This document shows positions 55,175 to 64,000 of a DNA stretch of 64,000 nucleotides, one piece after another. A program made the translations under genes and the position numbers. Numbering within the stretch: the first letter of the stretch is position 1; every line of letters starts with the position of its first letter. Below the pieces are notes generated by a model. It worked only from the letters and a program-made list of their open reading frames with translations, had not been told where the DNA came from and ran no database searches. The DNA is from a virus, in the IMG/VR virus record IMGVR_UViG_3300026233_000017. One strand, 5' to 3'.

Positions 55175-58100
55175 ATGGCTGACCCAAAGATCAAATACGA
55201 CATCGAAGCCGCCGTCAAGGGCGAGGCCGATGCCGAGCAACTGGCGAAGACGCTGCGGGATGTCGGGGATGTGCTCGAGGGCGATCTGCAGAAAAGCGCC
55301 CAGGACGCAGCCCAGGCCCTCGAGGCGCTGGGCGCCAAGCAGCGGGCGCTGAACGAATTCGGGGCACTGAAGCTGCAGACGCAGTCTCTGTCGCAGGAGT
55401 TTGAAAAAGCCGTCTCCACCGTCGATCGCCTGGGCAACGAGCTGCAGGAAGCGGGCGGCAAAACGCAGACACTCGCCACCGCCGAGAAGACAGCAACGAC
55501 TGCCACCCAGCAGGCCCAGGCCGAACTGCAGCGCAAGAAAGACGCCCTCAAGGCCGTGCGCGATGAGACCACGGGTACAGCCAGGCGCACGGACGACTAC
55601 CGCAATACTGTTGCGGGCCTGAAGGACGGCATCAAGGCTGCGACCGCCGAGCTGAAGTCTCAGCAGGCCGGCCAGCGCGAAGCGGCCCAGGCGGCGACTA
55701 CGGCGCAGAACGCCGAGGCTGCCCTGCGCAAGGAATATGACCTGGCCATCGGCAGCGCCGCGAAGCTGTCGAGCGAGCTGCGCGTCAAGAACGGCACACT
55801 GGCCGCCGTTCGGGACCAGATGCAGGCCGTGGGCCTGAGCACCACGAACCTGACTGCTCAGGAGCGAAACCTGCAGGGCGCTGTCCAGCAAGTCCGCGAG
55901 GCCGTGGCTGCAATGGCGCCGGCCTACCAGCAGGCCGCTGCAGCATCGTCGCAGTCCACCCAGGTGCAGGCAGCGAACCAGCGCACGCTGCGCGAGGGCA
56001 TGTCATCGATCAGCGCGCAGCTGCAGCGCATCCAGCAGATCGCCACGCTGGCGATTGGCGGTGGCTACTTCGGGGGTCTGATCAAGGACGTGGGCGCGAC
56101 GGCCGACGAATTCAAGAACCTCGAGGCCCGTGTCAAGCTCGCCACGGGTGAAGGCCCACTGTTCGAGAAGTCCTTCGGCGGCGTGCAGCGCGTGGCCCTG
56201 GCGACAAACAGCTCGCTGGAGGAAACCGGCAACCTGTTCGCGCGCCTGACCAAAGCCTCGCAGGAGGGCGGCATGGCTGCAGCCGCCGCGCAGGAGCGGG
56301 CGCTGCGCCTGACGACCACCATCAACCAGGCCACGCAGCTGTCGGGCGGTGCAGCCGAGTCCGCCAAGGCTGCGCTGACACAGCTGATCCAGGGCCTGCA
56401 GTCAGGTGTGTTGCGCGGCGAAGAATTCAACTCGGTCATGGAGCAGGCTCCGCGCCTGGCCGAGGCGCTGTCCAAGGGCCTGAACGTCACCACGGGCGAG
56501 CTGCGGGAGATGGCCGGGCAGGGCGCCCTGACGGCGGAAACCGTCATGAAGGCCCTGGAGGGCCAGGCAGATGTCGTGGCGCGCGAGTACGGCAAGCTGC
56601 CGCCCACCGTGGGCCGTGCCCTGCAGAATCTTTCCACGCAGTGGACCCTGTATGTGGGCGCAGCCGACAAGGGGCTGATCAGCAGCACGAACGCTGCAAA
56701 GGTCATCGACGCCCTGGCCGGCAACCTCGACATCCTGGTCAACACGCTGACGATGGCGGGCAAGGTCTGGGGCGCCATGCAGATCGCCAAGATCGCCGAA
56801 TGGTTTGCAGGCTGGGCCGCCAAGACGATCGCGGCCACCCAGGCGGTCGAGGCCAATAGCGTGGCCACGACCGCCAACACGGCCGCGCACCGTGCCAATG
56901 CCATCGCTGTCAACGCCAGTGCGGCGGCCCAGGCTGCAAACGCTGCGGCCTCCGCCACCAGTACCGCCGCCCAGACAGCGAATGCCAAGTCCTGGGGTGA
57001 GCTGGGCAATGCCCTCAAGGGCGTGAATGGCAGCCAGGGGGAGTTGCAGCGGCAGACGGCGCAGACCACGGCTGCCCTCGACGCATCGGCGGCAGCCAAG
57101 GGACGCTTTGCTGCAGCAGCGGCCTCGGCAACTGGAAATGTGGGCCTTTTGGGCCGAGGCGTGGGCGCGCTCACCGGCCTGCTGGGCGGCCCGCTGGGCT
57201 TGGGCGTCGCGCTGACGTTTCTGGCGCCGGAGATTCAGCGCCTGGGCGTGTGGTTGGGCGAGACCGCTGCAAAGGCCATGGGCTACGGCAAGTCGCTGGA
57301 AGAGGCCGAGCGCCAGTCGCGCCTGTCTGAGGAAGCCGCCAAGCAGCATGCCGAGGCGCTACGCCGCCAGGCTGTGGCCCTCGAGGAAGTCCGCAACCGA
57401 AGCTTTGACCTCAGCAAGGAGTCGACGGGACTGATCGGCCAGTTTGACAAGCTGCGCAAGGAGGGCGATACGGCGGCCGAGGCCATCGCAAAGATCGGTA
57501 AGGATTTTGATCTGGGATCGGCGCCGGGCATCCGCAACGCCTCGGCCGTGCTGGACAAGCTGGTCGCGGACGGAAAGATCAGCGCGAGCGAATTCCAGGG
57601 CGCCTGGGCCAAGGCGCTGGACGGGCAGGATCTCATGAAGTTCGAGATCCTTGCGCGCCAGGCCTTTGCCACGGCGGGCAGCGAGGCCAAGAAGCTAGGC
57701 AAGCAGATCGAAGACGCCATCAAGTCGGGCGCCTCTGAGGAAGTCGTCAACGGTCTGCGCCAACGCCTGCAGGGTGCCCTCGCGGCGGCCACGCGCGAGG
57801 GTGAGCGCGTGGCCGAGATGATGGACAACGTCCTGCGGGCAGCCGTGCAGCGCACGGGGCTGGAGTTCACGGCGCTGGAGGGCGGCATTGGCAAGGCGTC
57901 GCGCAGCGCGCTGAATGATCTTGATGTCGTGATCCGGGGTCTCGACCGCCTCAAGCAGCAGGGTATTGACACCGGCCGCGTGCTCGAGGCCAGCCTGGTC
58001 AAAGCCATCAACACCGCCGACAGCCAGAAGGCCCTCGACGAGGTGCGCGTGCGCGTCGAGCAGCTGCGCAAGGTCCTGGGCGACAAGGTGGCGGACGGAC

Positions 58101-59098
58101 TCCTCGACCAGGCGAAGACCAAGGCGGTGGAATTGTCCGATGCCCTGGACAAGGCCAAGCCCGGCATCAACAGCCTGCGCGAGGCCATGAAGGCGCTGGG
58201 CGTCACGTCCGATGAGGCGCTCAAGCAAGTGGCGACCAGCTCACGCTCTGCCTTTGATTTCATGGTGTCCTCCGGCAAGGCGAGCGCGCGGGAGCTGAGT
58301 GAAGGCTTCAAAAAAGCGGCCGAAGATGCGATCGCGGCAAACAAGGGTATTGCGCCCGAATGGGTCAAGTCGGCAGCTTCAGTACGCGGCTTCAAGATTG
58401 AGGTCGACGATGCGGGTCGCGCGACCCTCAAGTCAGTCGGGGACATTGGCCGTTCGGCCAAGTCGGCCGGCGATCAGTTCAAGGATCTGGGGCGCACCGC
58501 TGCAGACGTTCTGCGCAGCATGGGCATCGAGGCAGACAAGGTCTCCGACAAGGTCCAGCAACTGGTCAAGCAGGGGCAGATGCTAAGCGCAGCCTTCCAG
58601 CAGAGGCAGGACAACCGCAACCGCGAGCTCGACGACTCCAAGTACATGAACAGGGGCACAACCGCTGCCCAGGATCTTGTGCCCACGTTCAACAGCCGGG
58701 AGGAGGCCGAGGCCTGGAAACAGGCATGGCTGGAGCAGTACGAGCGCGACAACCCGTTCCGTACAACGGCTGGTCAGTTGGGCAACTACATGCGCGATCT
58801 CACCATGTTCGAGTTTGACCGGGAGCTTGACGCGCTGAAGATCCGCGAAGCCATGGAGACCGCCAAGAAGAAGGCCGAAGGCGGGGCTGGTGGCGGCGGT
58901 ACTGGCGGCGGTGGGGAAGGCGGCGGCGGTAGTGGTGGTGGTAGTGGCGGGCGCATCGACCGCATCGTGAACATCTACATCGGCAACAGCATGGCCTACC
59001 CCGTTCCCACAAACCTGACGGGCCAGCAGTCCATCGAGGCGCTGGCCCGTGAGGTGCTGCGCGTGATCGAGCAGCAAAAGATCCAGTTGGGAGCCTGA
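55175..59098 (+). CDS. Tape measure protein (copy 2)
   Basis: Repeat of 11923-15846. Confidence 0.93.
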   Translation: MADPKIKYDIEAAVKGEADAEQLAKTLRDVGDVLEGDLQKSAQDAAQALEALGAKQRALNEFGALKLQTQSLSQEFEKAVSTVDRLGNELQEAGGKTQTLATAEKTATTATQQAQAELQRKKDALKAVRDETTGTARRTDDYRNTVAGLKDGIKAATAELKSQQAGQREAAQAATTAQNAEAALRKEYDLAIGSAAKLSSELRVKNGTLAAVRDQMQAVGLSTTNLTAQERNLQGAVQQVREAVAAMAPAYQQAAAASSQSTQVQAANQRTLREGMSSISAQLQRIQQIATLAIGGGYFGGLIKDVGATADEFKNLEARVKLATGEGPLFEKSFGGVQRVALATNSSLEETGNLFARLTKASQEGGMAAAAAQERALRLTTTINQATQLSGGAAESAKAALTQLIQGLQSGVLRGEEFNSVMEQAPRLAEALSKGLNVTTGELREMAGQGALTAETVMKALEGQADVVAREYGKLPPTVGRALQNLSTQWTLYVGAADKGLISSTNAAKVIDALAGNLDILVNTLTMAGKVWGAMQIAKIAEWFAGWAAKTIAATQAVEANSVATTANTAAHRANAIAVNASAAAQAANAAASATSTAAQTANAKSWGELGNALKGVNGSQGELQRQTAQTTAALDASAAAKGRFAAAAASATGNVGLLGRGVGALTGLLGGPLGLGVALTFLAPEIQRLGVWLGETAAKAMGYGKSLEEAERQSRLSEEAAKQHAEALRRQAVALEEVRNRSFDLSKESTGLIGQFDKLRKEGDTAAEAIAKIGKDFDLGSAPGIRNASAVLDKLVADGKISASEFQGAWAKALDGQDLMKFEILARQAFATAGSEAKKLGKQIEDAIKSGASEEVVNGLRQRLQGALAAATREGERVAEMMDNVLRAAVQRTGLEFTALEGGIGKASRSALNDLDVVIRGLDRLKQQGIDTGRVLEASLVKAINTADSQKALDEVRVRVEQLRKVLGDKVADGLLDQAKTKAVELSDALDKAKPGINSLREAMKALGVTSDEALKQVATSSRSAFDFMVSSGKASARELSEGFKKAAEDAIAANKGIAPEWVKSAASVRGFKIEVDDAGRATLKSVGDIGRSAKSAGDQFKDLGRTAADVLRSMGIEADKVSDKVQQLVKQGQMLSAAFQQRQDNRNRELDDSKYMNRGTTAAQDLVPTFNSREEAEAWKQAWLEQYERDNPFRTTAGQLGNYMRDLTMFEFDRELDALKIREAMETAKKKAEGGAGGGGTGGGGEGGGGSGGGSGGRIDRIVNIYIGNSMAYPVPTNLTGQQSIEALAREVLRVIEQQKIQLGA

Positions 59099-59102
59099 CC
59101 TC

Positions 59103-59522
59103 ATGAGCATTTATTTGTCCAACGGCGCCCAGGTGCTGGAGCTGCCGCGTGACCTGATCTGGGTGGATGAGCTGACCTGGTCGAAGGTCTCTCAGAAGAC
59201 CGAGCGCGGCATCTTTGGCACGCTGGTCATCGATGCCATGGCCCGCAACGGGGGCCAGCCGATCACGCTTCAGGGCGACGGCGATAGCGCGTGGATCTCA
59301 CGCGCCACGCTGCGCACGCTCAAGGCCTGGTCCGGCATTCCCGGGCTGCGCATGACGCTGCGCATCCTGGCCGAGGAATTCGAGGTCGTCTTCGACCACG
59401 GTGATGCCGAGCAGACCCGCGCCATGGCGATGCAGTCGGTCATCGAATACAGCGATCCCGAAGACGAGGACTACTACTGCAGCCTTGTGCTGCGCTTTAT
59501 CGAAGCGAGCGAAACCCTATGA
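59103..59522 (+). CDS. Distal tail protein (copy 2)
   Basis: Repeat of 15851-16270. Confidence 0.6.
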   Translation: MSIYLSNGAQVLELPRDLIWVDELTWSKVSQKTERGIFGTLVIDAMARNGGQPITLQGDGDSAWISRATLRTLKAWSGIPGLRMTLRILAEEFEVVFDHGDAEQTRAMAMQSVIEYSDPEDEDYYCSLVLRFIEASETL

Positions 59523-61381
59523 CCATCAAAGACGGCGACATCCGCCTGCTCGAATCCAAGGTGATGACCGATGACGCCAACGGCGGCGGCGGCCCCACGG
59601 GCAATGTCATCCCCTGGGGCAAGAGCAATGGCGTCTTCGAGGACATCACCGAGGTCGACCGGGCCGGCGGCGACGTGTCCATCCGCCAGGTGCATGCGGC
59701 GGTGCAGACCCCGACGACCGAGCCGCTCATGGACACCAACATCATTGTCTCGGCCGTGCCCAACGACCCGAATGTGTCCATCACCATCGCGCCCTGCGGC
59801 GTGTTCGCGCGTCGTTCGGAGATCGCTGCGGCCATCGCTGCCTACCTCATCCCAGGCACGGAGTGGGGGGGCTATCTGCTGGAGAACCACGTCCAGGGCC
59901 AGGCTTCAATCAAGATATTCCACCGGCCCGGCACGCCGGCGCCGACCATCGGCCGCACGCTGATCCTCGTCTACAACGAGGGGCTGGCCAGCCAAGTGCT
60001 GCAGTACGTGCGCGTGCTGCGCGCCGAGACCGAGACCCTGCAGTTCAGCTATTCGTCCAGCGGTGGCTACACCGACTACACGGCCAGTGTCACTACGTGC
60101 GAAATCACCCCCAGGCTGCGCAGCGCCTTCCCCGGATCACCGCCGAACCGGGGCTACGCGATGGACGCCAGCAAGACCCGCATTCGGGACACCACCGTCG
60201 CGGATGCGGCCAGCTTCTACGGCGCCCAGCCGGTGACGGCGGCTGTGCAGCTGGGCGAGAGCATGCTACGCGTTGCCAGCATCTACACCCAGCTGGTGCC
60301 CAACTCCCGAACCGAGACCGCGGCACTGGACCAGCGCCCGGCCGGCGTGCGAGAACTGGTACTCGCAACCTCGCCGCGCGAGATCCGCGTGCCCAATGCG
60401 CCGCACACGCGCCGCATCAAGGTCGGCCAGGAAAACCGCAGTTTCAGCTGGGTGGCCATCCTCAAGCCATTTCCGGCGCCGAACACCCTGGTGGTCTCGT
60501 TCCAGGTGATGGGCGTCTGGTACACCGCATCCGACAACGGTCAGGGCGAACTGACCGGCTCGGCCGTGGGCACTGTCAACTATGCGAACGGCTCGGTGTC
60601 CGTGACGCTGCCTGCGCTGCCTGATGTGGGCAGTTCCATTATTTTCCAGTGGGGCGAGGCCTCGGCCTTCGTCAACCGCTCCAGCGCCACGGGCTGGCGG
60701 CTGCCCGAGCACGCCATGCGCCTGCCGCACCAGGGCATCAAACCGGGCTCTCTGGTCATCAAGTGGACCTCAGGCGGCGTGCTGCGCACGGCCACGGACA
60801 ATGGCCAGGGCGACCTGCAGGGCGCGGCCACGGGTGAGATCAACTACGCCTCGGCCGCGCTGCTGCTGCGCCCGCAATTCATGATCGACGCAGGCGGGCA
60901 GTTCGCCATCGAGTACGACTATGCCGTGACGGTGAGTAAGAACGTCTCGGTCGTCCTCGACGCAGGCGGCTACGGTGCGATCACCTTGGACACCATCCCT
61001 GCGCCCGGCACCGTGTCCGTGGGATGGATCACCGTGCGCAATCTCTCGGCCAGCTCCGGCGCCTCATCCGGTGGCACTTCGGCCTCCAAGAACGGCGGCA
61101 GCGGCAAATTCAGCTACCTGCCCCAGGTGCCCCCGGCGCCTGCGCCCGTCATCACCTCGCGCGTGCCGCTGTCCGATGGCTCGACCACGGGCAAGTACAT
61201 GGCCCAGGGCGGGGCGCGAGCCAGCGGCGGGTCCGTTTACATCGAGGTCGGTGCCACCAGCTCGCCCACGGGCAACCAGTACGTGCCGCCCGATGTCGAT
61301 GGCGTGGTCTGGACGGATGCCGAGTACACGGCGGGCGTCAAGTCCATCGGCGGTGTGGAATACCGGCGCTGGGGCGCCTGA
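59519..61381 (+). CDS. Tail tip protein N-part (copy 2)
   Basis: Repeat of 16267-18129. Confidence 0.75.
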   Translation: MTIKDGDIRLLESKVMTDDANGGGGPTGNVIPWGKSNGVFEDITEVDRAGGDVSIRQVHAAVQTPTTEPLMDTNIIVSAVPNDPNVSITIAPCGVFARRSEIAAAIAAYLIPGTEWGGYLLENHVQGQASIKIFHRPGTPAPTIGRTLILVYNEGLASQVLQYVRVLRAETETLQFSYSSSGGYTDYTASVTTCEITPRLRSAFPGSPPNRGYAMDASKTRIRDTTVADAASFYGAQPVTAAVQLGESMLRVASIYTQLVPNSRTETAALDQRPAGVRELVLATSPREIRVPNAPHTRRIKVGQENRSFSWVAILKPFPAPNTLVVSFQVMGVWYTASDNGQGELTGSAVGTVNYANGSVSVTLPALPDVGSSIIFQWGEASAFVNRSSATGWRLPEHAMRLPHQGIKPGSLVIKWTSGGVLRTATDNGQGDLQGAATGEINYASAALLLRPQFMIDAGGQFAIEYDYAVTVSKNVSVVLDAGGYGAITLDTIPAPGTVSVGWITVRNLSASSGASSGGTSASKNGGSGKFSYLPQVPPAPAPVITSRVPLSDGSTTGKYMAQGGARASGGSVYIEVGATSSPTGNQYVPPDVDGVVWTDAEYTAGVKSIGGVEYRRWGA

Positions 61382-61402
61382 TCAAAACAAGGGAGAAAAA
61401 CC

Positions 61403-63292
61403 ATGGCAGGAGTTTCCTCTGGCATCGTCTTGCAGACCACCAAGACATCGGCCAGCTCATCGTCCACGCACAGCCGGTCCAGCTACCAGACCAGCAAGAC
61501 CCAGGACACAGTGCGCCACCTGTTGACCGATGACGGCCAGGGCACGTTCGGCCCGGACGGCACCATCAACTACCCGGGCAAATTCCTGAACATCAAGTTC
61601 GTCCAGTTGGACAGCAAGACCGAGGGCTACAACAGCGATTACGAGAACGCCCAGAGCTTCGAAGAAACCACCATGGGTGGCGGCGGCAGCGACCCCAGCC
61701 TCTCCACGGTGTCCAAGGGCGGCGACCGCAGCGACACCACGGTCAGTGAGGAGCTGCTGGCGGCCAGCACGGTGACGGTGACCTATGCCGAGGACTTCGC
61801 CAGTGCCCAGCACCACGTCATGAACTTCACGCCCGAGCCGGTGGTGCTGGACCTGTGCCCCTACACCACCGACTACATCGTGCCGGGCAGCGTGCGCTTC
61901 CGCTGGATGGGCCACGTCTACGAGGACTACGACGGCGTGCTTGTGCGCGACCGTACGTCCAGCTCGCTGGGCATCGTGGCCGGCGCGCTGGACTACTCCA
62001 GTGGCGTGGCGCGCATCTTTGACTATCTGGTCGACGGCCCAGCCACGGACCTGGTGGTCGAGAGCCTGTGGACCGTGCGCCAGAACTGGACCACGGCCAG
62101 CATCTTCATGCGCACGGCCGCCGCGCCCATCAAGCCCAGCGGCTTTGTCATGAACCTGTCCGATGCCACGGGCGAGCAGATCACGGCCTCGGCCGGCATC
62201 GACGGCGTGATCTCCGGCACGCACCTGCGCGGCAAGATCGACTACCAGAGCGGCGTGGTCGAGCTGCAGTTTGGCGACTACGTGCTGGACACCTCGCTGA
62301 CCGCTGCCCAGAAGGCCGAATGGTGGTACTCGGCAGACGACATCGGTGCAGTGCAGCCGAACCGCATCTGGCGCCCCTGGCCCGTGGACCCGACCACGCT
62401 GCGCTACAACAGCGTCAGCTACTTCTACCTGCCGCTGGACGCGGACGTCATCGGCCTGGACCCCGTGCGCCTGCCGCCCGATGGCCGCGTGCCCATCTAC
62501 CGCGTGGGCAGCTACATCGTGATCGGCCACACCGGGACGGTCGGCCCGGTCACTGTGACCAACGGCCAGGTCATCAACTGCGGCCGAGTGCGGCTCTCCC
62601 GTGCCTATGTCCTCGGCGCCGATGGCCAGCGTATCCAGCAGGGCTGGAGCGTGGATCTGGAGGCCGGCAAGATCACCGTCAGCGACATTACGGGCTGGGC
62701 CCAGCCCGTGACGTTCCAGCACCGGATCGAGGAGATGGCACGCGTCAGCGACGTGCAGATCAACGGCATGCTGGCGATCACCAAGCAGCTAAGCCATGAG
62801 TTCCCCGTGGGCAGCGTAGTCTCCAGCGCGCTGATGGCCGGCACGCTGCGCGCCCGCGTCAGCCAGATGTTTGACCAGGCCACCTGGACCAACAAATGGC
62901 AGGACACGGTCGATGGTCCCGAGGCCCTGGCCAGCTACAACGACACCATCGCGCCCCTGGTCGTCACCAATGCCGGCGCGTTGCCCGAGCGCTGGATGTG
63001 CCGCTTCACCAGCGCGACAACCTTCGAGTTCATCGGCGAGCACGTCGGCAACCTGGGCACAGGCTCCACAAACGTGGACTTCGCTCCCATCAACCCGATC
63101 AGCGGCGTGCCCTACATCACGATCCGCGCCCTCGGCTGGGGCCAGGGTTGGAGCGCCGGCAACGTGCTGCGCATCAACACCGAAGGTGGCATTGCCCCCC
63201 ATGCCCTCATCCGCACCGTGCAGCCCAGCGAGGCTGTGGCAGACGACTACCAGTTCGAGCACCTGGTGCGCGGCAGCGTCGACCGTCCCTGA
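61403..63292 (+). CDS. Tail tip protein C-part (copy 2)
   Basis: Repeat of 18151-20040. Confidence 0.75.
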   Translation: MAGVSSGIVLQTTKTSASSSSTHSRSSYQTSKTQDTVRHLLTDDGQGTFGPDGTINYPGKFLNIKFVQLDSKTEGYNSDYENAQSFEETTMGGGGSDPSLSTVSKGGDRSDTTVSEELLAASTVTVTYAEDFASAQHHVMNFTPEPVVLDLCPYTTDYIVPGSVRFRWMGHVYEDYDGVLVRDRTSSSLGIVAGALDYSSGVARIFDYLVDGPATDLVVESLWTVRQNWTTASIFMRTAAAPIKPSGFVMNLSDATGEQITASAGIDGVISGTHLRGKIDYQSGVVELQFGDYVLDTSLTAAQKAEWWYSADDIGAVQPNRIWRPWPVDPTTLRYNSVSYFYLPLDADVIGLDPVRLPPDGRVPIYRVGSYIVIGHTGTVGPVTVTNGQVINCGRVRLSRAYVLGADGQRIQQGWSVDLEAGKITVSDITGWAQPVTFQHRIEEMARVSDVQINGMLAITKQLSHEFPVGSVVSSALMAGTLRARVSQMFDQATWTNKWQDTVDGPEALASYNDTIAPLVVTNAGALPERWMCRFTSATTFEFIGEHVGNLGTGSTNVDFAPINPISGVPYITIRALGWGQGWSAGNVLRINTEGGIAPHALIRTVQPSEAVADDYQFEHLVRGSVDRP

Positions 63293-63309
63293 TTATTTGG
63301 AGATCACCC

Positions 63310-64000
63310 ATGGCATCCCTTGTCGATACCAGCGTCAAGCACTTTCTCTCGACCATGTACGGCGCGCCCGTGCAAAACGGCCAGGCCGGCAGCAAGATCG
63401 CCGTGCTCGATGCCTGCCTGGTCACGGGCTTCGGTCTGCGCGCGGCCACGCGCATCACGGTGGCGGCTGGCGTGGCCACGGTGGAGTTTTCCGTGGGCGC
63501 TTCGCAGCCTCCCGCGCCAGACAGCGTGCTGCTGATCGCAGGCGCCGCGCAGGCCCTGCTCAACGGCGAGCAGCGCGTGACCGAGTCGGCCAGCGGCGTG
63601 TTCAAGTTCCGCACGGCGGCGCCCGACAGCGTGGACAACGGCACGGGCATCACGTTCAAGTTCGCGGCGCTGGGCTGGGCCAAACCGTTTTCTGGGACCA
63701 ACCAGGCCGTGTATCGCTCCACCGATCCGCAGAGCTTGGGCATGTACCTCTATGTCGATGACCGGACCACGACCGCCGCATCCATGCGTGGCTACGAAAG
63801 CATGTCGGCCATTGATACCGGGACCGGACCGTTTCCCACTGTTGCACAGCGTTCCGATGGCTGCTGGTGGGCAAAAAGTGGCTCTGCCAATGCCACCGCC
63901 ACGCGCTGGCTGGTTGTGGGGGACAGCCGCTTTTTCGTCGACAACACTGCGCCGGCCACTTCTTCCACTGCGACCAGCACGGCCGGCGGGACAAGGGCCT
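63310..64000 (+). CDS. Tail fibre (copy 2, truncated by window end)
   Basis: Repeat of 20058-20748. Confidence 0.7.
   Translation, partial: MASLVDTSVKHFLSTMYGAPVQNGQAGSKIAVLDACLVTGFGLRAATRITVAAGVATVEFSVGASQPPAPDSVLLIAGAAQALLNGEQRVTESASGVFKFRTAAPDSVDNGTGITFKFAALGWAKPFSGTNQAVYRSTDPQSLGMYLYVDDRTTTAASMRGYESMSAIDTGTGPFPTVAQRSDGCWWAKSGSANATATRWLVVGDSRFFVDNTAPATSSTATSTAGGTRA

Larger units (their letters stand above)
43253..64000 (+). repeat. Direct repeat of 1-20748 (second, partial genome copy)
   Basis: All ORFs recur at +43252 with identical lengths and translations; spot-checked nucleotides identical. Confidence 0.97.

Overview
The whole window is one temperate siphovirus genome of high GC (probably from a Betaproteobacterium such as Comamonadaceae; this is inference). 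It is present as a head-to-tail repeat with a 43,252-bp unit, so 43253-64000 repeats 1-20748. No host DNA is visible. The att site is in the attP form (the 3' half of a tRNA-Cys, 28437-28483), so this is the excised, circular or concatemeric phage, a tandem lysogen, or an over-read circular contig. Gene order: origin-like iteron/Z-DNA region, cos-like region, terS, terL (lambda GpA type), Q-like regulator, late promoter and terminator, lambda-like head, non-contractile tail, swapped tail-fibre cassette, holin-like/SLT endolysin fusion, embedded spanins, Dam-like MTase, LexA-box SOS module with SRAP, attP, int/xis, leftward early operon (ASCH, C5 MTase, ParB-like, degenerate helicase paralog), OL, membrane Zn-ribbon gene, cI, OR, cro, CII-like, primase, SF3 helicase. 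Most unusual items: (1) a probably catalytically dead copy of the phage's own helicase ATPase domain in the PL operon; (2) a LexA-boxed divergent module whose SRAP gene starts at ATC behind a hairpin-sequestered SD, in a phage whose repressor lacks an autocleavage domain; (3) a 3-TM holin-like/transglycosylase fusion; (4) a tail protein split by one in-frame UGA; (5) a Q-like gene placed after terL. All family calls are from motif recognition; no database search was run.
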